From: Spirochaetia bacterium
GTDB lineage: Bacteria > Spirochaetota > Spirochaetia > WTKD01 > G963693115
Assembly: GCA_965226055.1 (NCBI GenBank)
Contig: CBDDCA010000005.1
Coordinates: 64,001 to 128,000, forward strand
Length of the DNA: 64,000 bases
Direction: 5' to 3'
This document shows, one piece after another, positions 40,016-50,282 of this stretch. Every line of letters begins with the position of its first letter. Position 1 is the stretch's first letter. Below the pieces are notes generated by a model, which was not told the DNA's origin, searched no databases, and saw nothing but the letters and a program-made list of their open reading frames with translations. A program made the translations under genes and the position numbers.

Positions 40016-40525
40016 ATGGGAAAATACAAACATATTGATAATGCAGAATTTTTAGAAAAACAACTAAAAAATATTGTCAAAGAAGTACAAGAGATAGAGG
40101 ATCCTCATATTATCACAGAATACAAGCAATTTTTTAAGGAACATGTTAGCTTGTTTAGACGTAATTTTGTTGCAGCATATATCATCAAAAAATTCTTACA
40201 TGACAATGCCACACATACTACAAAAAAACAGAGAAAATACATACCACCACCAGATCGTTCTTTCAATAAAAAATACAATAACACAGAGCCTCAACAGAAA
40301 CATAGAAAGGTAATATTAAAAAACATTTCACAACATCAATGTACAAAAGAAGAGCTTCTCACCTTTTTAAGCTCTATTGATGGCGTTGAAAAGAAAGATA
40401 TTACACATATTACACTACAAGAAACAAAAACATTGGTATCCATTGCCCAACCAGCATTGAAGGCATTGACTAAAGGAATAAAAAACAAACCTTTTAAGAA
40501 CAAAAAGATTTATTATAGCTACTAA
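40016..40525 (+). CDS. hypothetical protein, possible DbpA-type RNA-binding domain
   Basis: RBS AGGAG. N-terminus has EDP...FKEHVSLFRRNFVAAY. C-terminus resembles an RRM-like DbpA domain. Confidence 0.6.
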   Translation: MGKYKHIDNAEFLEKQLKNIVKEVQEIEDPHIITEYKQFFKEHVSLFRRNFVAAYIIKKFLHDNATHTTKKQRKYIPPPDRSFNKKYNNTEPQQKHRKVILKNISQHQCTKEELLTFLSSIDGVEKKDITHITLQETKTLVSIAQPALKALTKGIKNKPFKNKKIYYSY

Positions 40526-40556
40526 CATGTATCATAGCACAGAGATACAGACATAG

Positions 40557-40964
40557 CTACTGTTTTGTATCAATAACAATCCCTTTTAGCGATTCTTTAC
40601 TGAGGACAGATTGAGAATAAGATGTATCGCTGGATGTTGACATTGCTTTGAGAAGCGAGACTTTGTCTTGTACATCTCCTTGTTCCCCACTTACCATTTT
40701 CTGAATATGATTTCTCAATACATTCTGTTGCTGTGCATGAAGTGAAGCTATAAGAGAATTCATTGCTATTGCTTTTTGCATGCTCATGCCATTTTTAGAA
40801 TAACTTCCTTTGACATACCGCAAATTAAGATCTGTAAGTCCAGTACCTCGTATGTTTACTGTAATTTTCTTACTTGCTATTCCTTCATTCGTTTGCAGTA
40901 GATGTTTCAATTTATAATACCCAACATTGTTGGCATGTGATATATTTTGAAGTGATTGCAGCAT
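40557..40964 (-). CDS. hypothetical protein
   Basis: 135-aa ORF with RBS AGGAG. Confidence 0.6.
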   Translation of the reverse strand: MLQSLQNISHANNVGYYKLKHLLQTNEGIASKKITVNIRGTGLTDLNLRYVKGSYSKNGMSMQKAIAMNSLIASLHAQQQNVLRNHIQKMVSGEQGDVQDKVSLLKAMSTSSDTSYSQSVLSKESLKGIVIDTKQ

Positions 40965-41028
40965 ATACTACTCCTGCTTTAAGTGTCGACTATTGAAAAA
41001 AAAACTCAAGTAGTATATAATTCAAAAC

Positions 41029-41247
41029 ATGGCAAAAGAAGATGTAATAGAAACTGAAGGCGTGGTCAAAAAATCTCTCCCAAATACTATGTTTAAGGTT
41101 GAATTAAAAAATGGTCATGAAATTCTCGCACATTTAAGTGGAAAAATGAGAAATAATTATATACGTATTGTTCCCGGAGACACAGTAAAAGTGACCTTAT
41201 CCCCGTATGATCTCAGTAAAGGAAGAATTACATTTCGTGAAAGGTGA
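41029..41247 (+). CDS. infA: translation initiation factor IF-1
   Basis: MAKEDVIE...[13 protein letters not shown]...SGKMR.NYIRI...SPYDL.KGRI. Confidence 0.98.
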   Translation: MAKEDVIETEGVVKKSLPNTMFKVELKNGHEILAHLSGKMRNNYIRIVPGDTVKVTLSPYDLSKGRITFRER

Positions 41248-41299
41248 AAAATGAAAGATAAAAAATAATAGTATAAATATATATATAAACATTATATTG

Positions 41300-41372
41300 T
41301 ATAACATTTGTATAACATCATTTATATAACATCATGTTATATAACATTTGTATAACATCAGTTATATAACAT
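41300..41372. repeat. non-coding TATAACAT repeat cluster with palindromes
   Basis: Six TATAACAT copies. A 33-bp unit is repeated at 41300 and 41340. Perfect palindrome ATGTTATATAACAT at 41334-41347. Confidence 0.8.
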
Positions 41373-41410
41373 ATAGCGCAGATGTAATACGCTCTCTTCT
41401 TTTTGTGCTT

Positions 41411-42091
41411 CTACCATTGCGGTAACGATGGATTACGAATTTCATCTGATACCGTAAGAAAAAAAGTGTTGGTTTGTTTAATTGTTTCAAGATTTACAGG
41501 AACATCTTGTTCAATACCAGTTTCACTTTGAAGATTGCTCACTTCTTTGTCCTGTACTTGCTTAAAAATATCTGCATAGTTGCTCACTATTTCATAATTG
41601 ATACGATGAATATTGTTAGGATACAATATCAGCAGATCCCAAAAATAGGTAGCTGCCATACTGTACTCTTTTTCTAATAGATACAGTTCCCCTAACAAAG
41701 CTAATACTTTTTTTCGAAGCCCTTTACGTATGTTATTGTCCAATAAGCGTGTAAGCACATTCTTTGCTTGTTCACTATCATGTTCTGCTAGTTGTACGGC
41801 TCTATAGTAAGTGGTATAATTCTTAAAAATTGATAAAGGGAACAATTTCCTTTCCTCTTGTTTTTCTTGATCAATACCATATGTATCTGTATTGGCTTTT
41901 CCTGTTAATACAGTATATATAAACATATAATCAGGAGGAAAGAGTATAAATATACCTGTTAGTATTCCTATAAAGATATATAAAAAAAGATTTTTTTTCT
42001 TCTGATTTTTATGTTTCTGCACAGTCTTTTTCTTATTTATATGCTGTACAATAGTAGATCGTAGTTCCATCCTTTTCCTCATTAGTATCAT
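41411..42091 (-). CDS. TPR-like membrane protein (end of the MoxR/VWA operon)
   Basis: TM helix followed by TPR-like LLGELYLLEKEYSMAATYF. Confidence 0.6.
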   Translation of the reverse strand: MILMRKRMELRSTIVQHINKKKTVQKHKNQKKKNLFLYIFIGILTGIFILFPPDYMFIYTVLTGKANTDTYGIDQEKQEERKLFPLSIFKNYTTYYRAVQLAEHDSEQAKNVLTRLLDNNIRKGLRKKVLALLGELYLLEKEYSMAATYFWDLLILYPNNIHRINYEIVSNYADIFKQVQDKEVSNLQSETGIEQDVPVNLETIKQTNTFFLTVSDEIRNPSLPQW

Positions 42092-42095
42092 TATA

Positions 42096-43037
42096 TTAGT
42101 TTTCTAGTAATATATATCCTAGTAATATTATAGCAACACAAAAACTGATAAGCCATGATACAAAATCATACTGCACAGTAGCCTTCGATGCAGTACGCAT
42201 AGTAAGAGATTGCTGAGCCTCTACATATTCGGCATTAAGCGTTTGAGCAATTTCTTTTGCTACGGTTGGCTGAGCAGTGGAATATGCCACATTTCCCTCT
42301 GTATCCCTTATAGGTACACCTTCTACAGTACGTACTATCTGTGCTTTATCAGAACCAACAAATACACAGAATATTGCATCATAATATTCCCTCAGTGTTC
42401 TAAAACGTAGCGCATTTACTTTTGTATGACTTTCCCAATCGGATAGTATTACAACATTTCCACGTGCTGGAAATAGTCCCTTATCACTCCTTTGTTCCAT
42501 CTGATAAAAAAGCTGTGCTATATCACTAGAACCTTGTATGAGAGGAGCTTTTATTATGCTATCAAGCGTATTAAATAAAAAAGCAGTATCACTCGTAAAA
42601 GGAATTACTTGCACAAGCGTATCAGTAAAAACAGAGAGAGCAAATTGGGTATCGTTGTTTGCTGTATTTTCTACTGTATTTTTTATAAGGGCAATAGCTT
42701 TAGCAATCCTGGTATCATCTGTTTCATACACATACATGCTCAACGAGACATCTAGTACAAAATGAATATATGTATCTGTATTTTGTGCATCTTGTGTAAC
42801 AGCAGTATTATTTGCCTTTGCTGCAGGATATAAGATATAGAGTAAGATTCCCAGTGCCATACTATTTATGAGTATATACTTAAAAAGAAACCCTCTTTGT
42901 ATGTTGTAATGCTGTAAAAATTGCAAGGTATATATTTGTAATAAAAAAGCTCTTTTTCGTTTATACAAACTCCATGTATACAATAGCAAAGGCAACATAA
43001 GTAATAAAGAATAATTTTGCAAATAAAAAAATGTCAT
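42096..43037 (-). CDS. VWA-domain membrane protein (BatB-like)
   Basis: MIDAS DVSLS, PFTSD, LSDWE; flanking TM helices. Confidence 0.8.
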   Translation of the reverse strand: MTFFYLQNYSLLLMLPLLLYTWSLYKRKRAFLLQIYTLQFLQHYNIQRGFLFKYILINSMALGILLYILYPAAKANNTAVTQDAQNTDTYIHFVLDVSLSMYVYETDDTRIAKAIALIKNTVENTANNDTQFALSVFTDTLVQVIPFTSDTAFLFNTLDSIIKAPLIQGSSDIAQLFYQMEQRSDKGLFPARGNVVILSDWESHTKVNALRFRTLREYYDAIFCVFVGSDKAQIVRTVEGVPIRDTEGNVAYSTAQPTVAKEIAQTLNAEYVEAQQSLTMRTASKATVQYDFVSWLISFCVAIILLGYILLEN

Positions 43038-44035
43038 ATAGCCCTTAAAAATACAAGTTTAATAATAGCTGCTCCACATACCATAAATACAGCAATAAAA
43101 AATAATACGCGTGAGATATCCCTATAATCTGTTGTAGTAACATATGAGCTATTACTTACCACATTATAATAGATAGTGGAAAAAAATTCTCTCATATCTG
43201 CTTTTGATTCAGTCTGTTGATATTCTGCTTGTATTTTTTCTGAAAAAGGAAGCAATATATTAGTATTTACAGGCTCAATGTTTCCTATATGAGTGAGCTC
43301 ATCATTAGGAGAAGTATATACAAAATCAGATGCTTCGTTTGTACCAACATGTGCAATACTAAGCATAAGCGAACTATTGTTGATAACTTTTTCTGCACTT
43401 TGCATAGTGTTTATTCCACTGTTTTGAAGCCCGTCACTAATAATAACAAGGTGTCTTTTCTCAGATTGTATTACAGACAGTAGTTTCTGTGCGAAAATAA
43501 CTGCATCAGAAAAAGCAGTTCCTTCTCCCATTTGCCCTAGCCTAATAGAATGTATTGCCTCTTTAATAAAACGGTAATCGGTAGTAAAAGGAACAATAGT
43601 ACTCACATAATCAGAGAAAGCGACTACTGCAATATTAGCTTGTATATCTCTCTCTAAAAAAACTTGTAATTCCTCCTTTACTGCATCCCATCGCGATTGA
43701 TTATCTATATCTCTTACTGACATACTAGGAGAAATATCAAGTAAGAGCAAAATATGTACCGTAGTATCATCTTTTATTTTTCTTACATACGATAGCCTTG
43801 GTTGTAAAGAAGCAAATAGAAAGAACAAAAAAGCTAACAGCAATAAAGAAAAAAATAGTTTGTACAAAATTCGCAAATATAAGGGACTATTTAACGAGTA
43901 GTAATGTAGCTTTGTAATAAAACGAAGACGATATTGTTTACTATGCTTTCTAATGTAAATACATACTATACCTACAAAAAAAAGAGCAAGAGGCCATAAC
44001 CTCATCATTTCTATTTGAGTATTATAAAATTGCAT
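43034..44035 (-). CDS. VWA-domain membrane protein (BatA-like)
   Basis: MIDAS DISPS, PFTTD, GTAFSDA, ISDGLQN. Confidence 0.82.
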   Translation of the reverse strand: MQFYNTQIEMMRLWPLALFFVGIVCIYIRKHSKQYRLRFITKLHYYSLNSPLYLRILYKLFFSLLLLAFLFFLFASLQPRLSYVRKIKDDTTVHILLLLDISPSMSVRDIDNQSRWDAVKEELQVFLERDIQANIAVVAFSDYVSTIVPFTTDYRFIKEAIHSIRLGQMGEGTAFSDAVIFAQKLLSVIQSEKRHLVIISDGLQNSGINTMQSAEKVINNSSLMLSIAHVGTNEASDFVYTSPNDELTHIGNIEPVNTNILLPFSEKIQAEYQQTESKADMREFFSTIYYNVVSNSSYVTTTDYRDISRVLFFIAVFMVCGAAIIKLVFLRAI

Positions 44036-44036
44036 A

Positions 44037-45023
44037 CTATCTGGTACACTCTATACACATATTTGTTGATAAAGATTGTGCTATAAAAGAATGTTTACTT
44101 CTTATCTCATAAGAAAATTTTTTACACTTTTCTAATAATTGTAATAAAAATTGACAATGTCTTTTTCTTACCTCTAAGGGATAGTGGAGTGTTCCGTATT
44201 CTGCTTCATACATAACAAAGAAAAAATCATGTAACTGTGATATAAAATACTGCTCTGTAATCTGTAGCTTGTCTAATAGTAAGCTCTCTATTTCAGCGTA
44301 TGTCATAGAGTTGGCATACGAAACTCCTAATAAAAACTGTAATCTTTTCCGTAAGATAGTATCGAGTGTTCTGTACAATTCTTTTGTGGTACATGTTACT
44401 CTCATTTTTGGGCTTCCTATTCTATTAAGAATTTTGAGCATTTTCTTAGTCTCATACACACTGTACAGGTGACTTATATAATTACGAATATGTATCCCCC
44501 ATCTTTTCAATAAAAACGACATATTCCAGACAATGCGTATTAACAGTACTATAGCATATACAAACACAATAATACTCACTATCCCATATACTATTATTCC
44601 TACTGGTTTTCCTGCAAGGAAAGATGTATAGCTACTAGTATCTTCAATACTAGATACTACTGTAACAACTGGCAAGGGAATTTTATAGTTATTTTCATAA
44701 ATAACAGGAAGATGTATTGTTCCACTTTTTTTTATCCTAAGACTCACTTCAATGTATTGTTTTCTCTGAACAATACGTCTTTGAATATGTATAAACTCTA
44801 CTGTATTTGTATTTGTGTAAGAATAATCATGTTTTAATGCACGCAAGCTAAAGTCTTCGGTAATGGCAATACGGATAACAAGCGTTTCTCCTACCTTAGG
44901 CAACACAGGTTGCAAAGATTCAACAGAACTAGAGAGAATAGTGGCTTGTGCTACTGATATGTGCATTGTCAAAAATAATACAATCAAGTAATAGATCTGT
45001 TTCATGGTATATATCATTTTCAT
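44037..45023 (-). CDS. hypothetical membrane protein in the MoxR/VWA operon
   Basis: Signal peptide and a central TM helix; sits between the DUF58 and VWA genes. Confidence 0.6.
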   Translation of the reverse strand: MKMIYTMKQIYYLIVLFLTMHISVAQATILSSSVESLQPVLPKVGETLVIRIAITEDFSLRALKHDYSYTNTNTVEFIHIQRRIVQRKQYIEVSLRIKKSGTIHLPVIYENNYKIPLPVVTVVSSIEDTSSYTSFLAGKPVGIIVYGIVSIIVFVYAIVLLIRIVWNMSFLLKRWGIHIRNYISHLYSVYETKKMLKILNRIGSPKMRVTCTTKELYRTLDTILRKRLQFLLGVSYANSMTYAEIESLLLDKLQITEQYFISQLHDFFFVMYEAEYGTLHYPLEVRKRHCQFLLQLLEKCKKFSYEIRSKHSFIAQSLSTNMCIECTR

Positions 45024-45967
45024 ACTGTATGTTGATTTCTTAAAAAAGATGCAAGCGTATGTAACACAGAGTCGGTAGTTGATATATCAAAATACGAAGT
45101 TCCTTTTCTAAAATTAAAACGTTGCCAAAAAGACTTAAGCTGTGACTGATTTTCAATATATTGTTTTTTTACATAATTACTGGAAATAAGATGCTGTTTA
45201 GCGTTTTCAATATCGACTACATTCATAGAGATGCTATTGGGAAAATTGGCTTGCATATCAAAGAATACCCGTATAGCAAGCACATCATGAGAGTTTGCAA
45301 GAGTATTAAGCGTTTCAAAACAATTATCCATAAGAAAATCAGAAATAACAACAATTAAAGATCTTTGAAATAATATTTTCTTTGAAAAATACACAGCATG
45401 TTCTAAATCTGCAGTGCCTGAAGAAAAACGTGAGTGTTCCAGTACATAATACAAACGATGCACCAACGGTAATACATGGGCAGGAGGAATATACTGACGT
45501 ATATCTGAGTCAAAAATAACAGCTCCAATTTTATCTTTTTGTGAGAGTGCAAGAGAAGCTAATGTTAGCATTGTCTCCATAGCAATATCATATACTGATA
45601 CTGGAGCTCCTATATTCATAGAACTCGAACAATCAAACATAAACCATATAGTACGATTACGTTCTTCATGAAAATACTTTGTATGAAGTGCATTCATACG
45701 ACTACTAAGATTCCAATCTATATACCGAGAATCATCTCCATAATGATACGGGTTAGATTCAGCATATTCAATTCCTTGACTCTTAAATAAAGAATTATAT
45801 CGACCAGAACTAAGACCACGTATAAGCTTAGAAACATTAATTTGAGATCTTTTTAGTACTGGTGGAACGGAGGCAGAAAACTCTGTTGATGATCCTTTTA
45901 CCTTTTTTTCCATATACTTAGTGTTATTATGAGAAATATGGATAGCTTTATTTGGGAATTGAGACAT
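45020..45967 (-). CDS. DUF58 protein
   Basis: GIEYAESNPYHYGDDSRYIDWN, EER, DCSSSM, ISDF. Confidence 0.88.
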   Translation of the reverse strand: MSQFPNKAIHISHNNTKYMEKKVKGSSTEFSASVPPVLKRSQINVSKLIRGLSSGRYNSLFKSQGIEYAESNPYHYGDDSRYIDWNLSSRMNALHTKYFHEERNRTIWFMFDCSSSMNIGAPVSVYDIAMETMLTLASLALSQKDKIGAVIFDSDIRQYIPPAHVLPLVHRLYYVLEHSRFSSGTADLEHAVYFSKKILFQRSLIVVISDFLMDNCFETLNTLANSHDVLAIRVFFDMQANFPNSISMNVVDIENAKQHLISSNYVKKQYIENQSQLKSFWQRFNFRKGTSYFDISTTDSVLHTLASFLRNQHTV

Positions 45968-46910
45968 TATTTAATATGTTTTCTAATACATAGTCAGGAC
46001 TTTGTTCATTTGCTATTGCATCAAAATGTAAGATAATTCTATGACGTAACACATCATATGCTACCTCTTTAATATCCTCTGGTGTAACATAATCACGTTG
46101 ATTAAAAAGTGCTACTACCCTAGCACAACGTAGCAATGCAATACTTGCTCTAGGCGATGCTCCATATTTTATGCTGAGATTATGTAACTGATTTCCTGCA
46201 TACCTATTTCTTGTTGCATCAACTATATTTACGATATAGCGAAGTATACTTTCTTCTACTCGAATTTTTTCAGAAAGATGCCCAATAAGAATAAAATCTT
46301 CTAAAGAACACACTTTTTTTGCTGTATCAATATGGATAGATTCCAATTTTTCAAGCATAGAAATTTCTTCTTCTTGACTAGGATACTCTACAAGAAGTTT
46401 GCATAAAAATCTGTCAAGCTGTGCCTCAGGTAATTCATATGTGCCTTCATGTTCTATAGGGTTTTGTGTTGCCATTACAAAAAAAGGTGCAGGGAGAGCA
46501 TATATTTCTTTTCCTAATGTTACCGTTCTTTCTTCCATTGCCTGTAATAAAGCAGATTGTACTTTAGCTGGGGCACGATTTACCTCATCTGCTAACACTA
46601 AATTTGCAAATACTGGTCCGTAATGAGCTTTAAATTTTTCCTCTTTCTGATTATAAATAAGCGTTCCTGTAATATCAGCAGGCAATAAATCAGGAGTAAA
46701 CTGTACACGTGAAAACTCGCTTCCTGTTACTTTGGAAATAAGTTTTATGATAGATGTTTTGGCAAGTCCTGGCAAGCCTTCCACTAGTACATGCCCTTGC
46801 ACACAGATAGCAATAATAATTTTGCGAATCAAGGCTTGTTGTCCAATAATACATTTATTCATCTCATCGTGTACTAACGTGAGTATGTTCTGCACATAAT
46901 TTGTATCCAT
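45948..46910 (-). CDS. moxR: MoxR-family AAA+ ATPase
   Basis: GLPGLAKT, RVQFTPDLLPADITG, DEVNRAPAKVQSALL, ATQNPIE.EGTY.LPEAQLDRF. Confidence 0.95.
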   Translation of the reverse strand: MDTNYVQNILTLVHDEMNKCIIGQQALIRKIIIAICVQGHVLVEGLPGLAKTSIIKLISKVTGSEFSRVQFTPDLLPADITGTLIYNQKEEKFKAHYGPVFANLVLADEVNRAPAKVQSALLQAMEERTVTLGKEIYALPAPFFVMATQNPIEHEGTYELPEAQLDRFLCKLLVEYPSQEEEISMLEKLESIHIDTAKKVCSLEDFILIGHLSEKIRVEESILRYIVNIVDATRNRYAGNQLHNLSIKYGASPRASIALLRCARVVALFNQRDYVTPEDIKEVAYDVLRHRIILHFDAIANEQSPDYVLENILNNVSIPK

Positions 46911-47004
46911 ATATTTAATACTTTCCTTATTGCTTTTATTATATCACAAATAAAGGAGCATAGAATATCTAATATACAGCATGGCTATCATCATTTTTAT
47001 ATGT

Positions 47005-48228
47005 TTATGCGTCTTCGCATTTATATACTACCCCTCTCTTCATAACAAACGAAACATCAGACAGAGTATCAAGCTGTTGCAAAGGATTTTTTTTAGTAGC
47101 AATAATATTGGCGCTCACTCCTTTTTTAATAACTCCGCATTCATGGGATATGCCTAAATGCTTTGCTGCAACTGAGGTAATACCTTGTAGAGCAGTTTTT
47201 ATACTTGCTCCAAGCTGTTCAACTATAAGAGCTTCCTTATACACAAGACCATGGTACGCATCTGATCCTAAGGAAAAAGCGATACCACTATCAATAATAT
47301 ACTTCATAGATTGGGCAACGAAAGTTCTATGCTTACGAACTTTTGTAACTAAATCTTTATGACAGAAAGCCTCTCTGCTCTTATCAAGAAAAATTCCAGG
47401 AGTCAAGCAAAGTTTTATATCACTGTTCATCATTAAATCTACTTCTCTTCTTTCAACACAATATGCATGCTCTATCATATCAACACCATTTACAATACAT
47501 CTGTGCAATGCTTCACCGCCAATACAATGGGCAGTTACCATCTTACCTACTGCATGAGCTTCTGCTACAACGGCTTGTATCTCATCATGTGCCATAAAGC
47601 AAGGCACTATATTTCCTGACAAAGGTGGTATTCCAGGAGTAATAAATATCTTTAACCAATCTACCCCACATGCTAAATTTTCTCTGCTAGCTTTCCTATA
47701 TTCATAAGCACCAGTATAGCTTTTTCCAACATACCCATGTCCATGTATACTTTTCATACCAATACCAGACACTTTTAGATCTGGACCAATAACATCTCCT
47801 TTTTCCACTAAATCACGGAGAGCAACATCTAAATGATACCTATCCCCTAAAGAACGCACAGTAGTAATACCTGCCATAAGATCATCTTCAATATTTTTCA
47901 TAGCATAGACTGTTTGAACACATTCTTTTGTTTCCATCATAAACAAATGATTTTTGACACGAGCATCCAAAAAAAGATGAGAGTGGGTATCTATAAGACC
48001 AGGAAGCACAGTATATTTTTTAAGATCAATAGTGTGTATTGATGATACAGAACTATCTTTTAGTATCTTCTCACCATTATGAGCAATACGAAATATTCTA
48101 TCACTTGGCACAATATCAATAACAGTAGCATTTCTTATAATGATAGAGTGATCTTTAACAGGAATAAGCTCTTCTCCACAAAGAACAGTACTGGCACTTA
48201 TTACTGTATCACCTTTCAGTAATTTCAT
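47005..48228 (-). CDS. metal-dependent amidohydrolase (Xaa-Pro dipeptidase-like subtype)
   Basis: LPGLIDTHSH, GITTVR, DWLKIF, AH, IEH, GSD. Confidence 0.85.
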   Translation of the reverse strand: MKLLKGDTVISASTVLCGEELIPVKDHSIIIRNATVIDIVPSDRIFRIAHNGEKILKDSSVSSIHTIDLKKYTVLPGLIDTHSHLFLDARVKNHLFMMETKECVQTVYAMKNIEDDLMAGITTVRSLGDRYHLDVALRDLVEKGDVIGPDLKVSGIGMKSIHGHGYVGKSYTGAYEYRKASRENLACGVDWLKIFITPGIPPLSGNIVPCFMAHDEIQAVVAEAHAVGKMVTAHCIGGEALHRCIVNGVDMIEHAYCVERREVDLMMNSDIKLCLTPGIFLDKSREAFCHKDLVTKVRKHRTFVAQSMKYIIDSGIAFSLGSDAYHGLVYKEALIVEQLGASIKTALQGITSVAAKHLGISHECGVIKKGVSANIIATKKNPLQQLDTLSDVSFVMKRGVVYKCEDA

Positions 48229-49751
48229 ATACGCTTTTTGTTCCTTTTTTTGTTCAATCTGTCCCGTACAAAAGGAAATAATAAAGAAACAATAGTGAGA
48301 AGTAAAAAGAAAAAAGTAACGGGTCTCATAAATATATCCAGCCAGTTATTTCCATAAATAGTCTTAGTAAGCATAATAGATTCTTCTAAAAGAGGGCCAA
48401 GCAACAGTGCCAACGCTACTGGAGCAAGCGGATAATTGTATTTTACCATACAATATCCAACTATTCCTGCAATAAACATCATTACCACATCAAACATATT
48501 TTGTTGTATAGAGAAAGAACCAACAACTGCAAGTACCACAATGACAACCGCTAAAATAGCTTTTGGCACTCTTAAAATATAGTTGGAAAACTTACATAGC
48601 CACCATCCAATAAACAATATAAAAACATTGATAAGAGCAAAGCCTACCAATACTGTGTATACCTTTCCTGCATTTTGAGTAAAAAGTAAGGGACCTGGTC
48701 GTAAGCCATGAATAATCATAGCACCAAGAAATATTGCTGCAGGCGCACTACCTGGTATACCAAGCGTTAGCAACGGTATAAGCGAACCGCCAGTCACTCC
48801 ATTATTAGCACTTTCAGAAGCCATTATACCTTCTATAGATCCTTTTCCATACAACTGCGGATTCTTTGAAGATTTTTTTGCTTCATTATAAGCAAAAAAT
48901 GATGCTATGTCTGGGCCTGCTGCAGGAATAATACCTATCCCTATTCCTATAGCAGAAGAGCGTAAAACATTGATGATATTTTTTCGTATTTCTTTTACAG
49001 AGAGTACTAGCTTACTGGGCTTTATCTCTTTTCCGTACTGATGTTGCTCTGTACTATCACCATTCACTCCTTTCTTCTGAGCTGTATGTTCTAATAGCTT
49101 TAGTACTTCTGGAATTGAAAACAGACCAATAAGGATAGAAACTACTTCAAGTCCTCCTGATAACTGATAGAACCCAAATGTAAATCGTGGATATCCCATT
49201 ACTGGATCTTGTCCTATAGTAGCAATAAGAAGTGAAATACTGCCTACAAAAATTCCTTTTATCATATTCCCTTTCGAAAGAGTACATACCACACTTAAGC
49301 CAAAAATTGCAATCATCATTTGCTCGGGAGGACCTATCTTTGTTGTTACTGCTGCTAACAAAGGAGCAAATACCAGAAGAACAATGGAGCTTATAAACCC
49401 TCCAACAGAAGATGCATATGTAACTGCAGCTAAGGATCTTCCTGATTGACCACTTTGTGTAAGAGCTTTTCCTTCCATAGCAGTAGGAAGAGAAGCAGGT
49501 GTTCCCGGTATCCCTAACAAAATAGCAGGAATAGAACCACCATATATGGCACCACAATATATACCACTTAACAGTAACAATGCCGCCTCAGCTTCCATGA
49601 CATACGAAAAAGGGACAAAAACAGCTACTCCCATTGTTGCTGAAAAACCAGGAAGAGCACCAAACACAATCCCTACTACAAGTCCTACAATACAGAATAA
49701 AATATTATAAAACCCAAAAACTTCACTTATACCAAGTATTACATGTTCCAA
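48225..49751 (-). CDS. tctA: tripartite tricarboxylate transporter large permease
   Basis: GALPG, YGGSIPAILLGIPGTP, ESANNG, PLLTLGIPG, PGPLLF. Confidence 0.92.
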   Translation of the reverse strand: MEHVILGISEVFGFYNILFCIVGLVVGIVFGALPGFSATMGVAVFVPFSYVMEAEAALLLLSGIYCGAIYGGSIPAILLGIPGTPASLPTAMEGKALTQSGQSGRSLAAVTYASSVGGFISSIVLLVFAPLLAAVTTKIGPPEQMMIAIFGLSVVCTLSKGNMIKGIFVGSISLLIATIGQDPVMGYPRFTFGFYQLSGGLEVVSILIGLFSIPEVLKLLEHTAQKKGVNGDSTEQHQYGKEIKPSKLVLSVKEIRKNIINVLRSSAIGIGIGIIPAAGPDIASFFAYNEAKKSSKNPQLYGKGSIEGIMASESANNGVTGGSLIPLLTLGIPGSAPAAIFLGAMIIHGLRPGPLLFTQNAGKVYTVLVGFALINVFILFIGWWLCKFSNYILRVPKAILAVVIVVLAVVGSFSIQQNMFDVVMMFIAGIVGYCMVKYNYPLAPVALALLLGPLLEESIMLTKTIYGNNWLDIFMRPVTFFFLLLTIVSLLFPFVRDRLNKKRNKKRI

Positions 49752-49763
49752 CTACATAGCTCC

Positions 49764-50282
49764 TTAAAAATACATATATATCCATTCTCCCGTAGGAAGA
49801 ATAATATGCAATATTTTAGAAAAAAACACATATACAATAGAGGTAACAAGGACTGGTAATAGCAACAAGAGAGGTTTATTGCGTATACCTTGAATAAACA
49901 ATGCGAAAAACATGTATAACACCGTTGCTAGTACATAGCTAATCTTTATGATAAGAAAAATATAAAGAAGTACAAGCAAACAAAAGATAAAAATCCTAAA
50001 TGACTGTTTTATAGTAGCATCATTCTCTCTATATCGTGGAAAAGTTCGCAATATAGTATAAAAGTGATAAAAAGCATTTCCTTTCGTCTGATTTGATGTC
50101 AAAGAAGAGGAGGCTTGTATAGATCGAAATAATAGAAACAAAACAAGTCCTCCACACAAAACAAGTAACATAAAAGGGTATACTCTTGCTTCCTGTGGTA
50201 TTGCACTAAATTGCAATGCAAAACCAATGAGAAACAATATAACAAAAAAGAGTCCTACATGTTCTCCCCAATTTCTACTCAT
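49764..50282 (-). CDS. tctB: tripartite tricarboxylate transporter small permease
   Basis: Small multi-TM protein ending in LPTG, between tctC and tctA. Confidence 0.8.
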   Translation of the reverse strand: MSRNWGEHVGLFFVILFLIGFALQFSAIPQEARVYPFMLLVLCGGLVLFLLFRSIQASSSLTSNQTKGNAFYHFYTILRTFPRYRENDATIKQSFRIFIFCLLVLLYIFLIIKISYVLATVLYMFFALFIQGIRNKPLLLLLPVLVTSIVYVFFSKILHIILPTGEWIYMYF

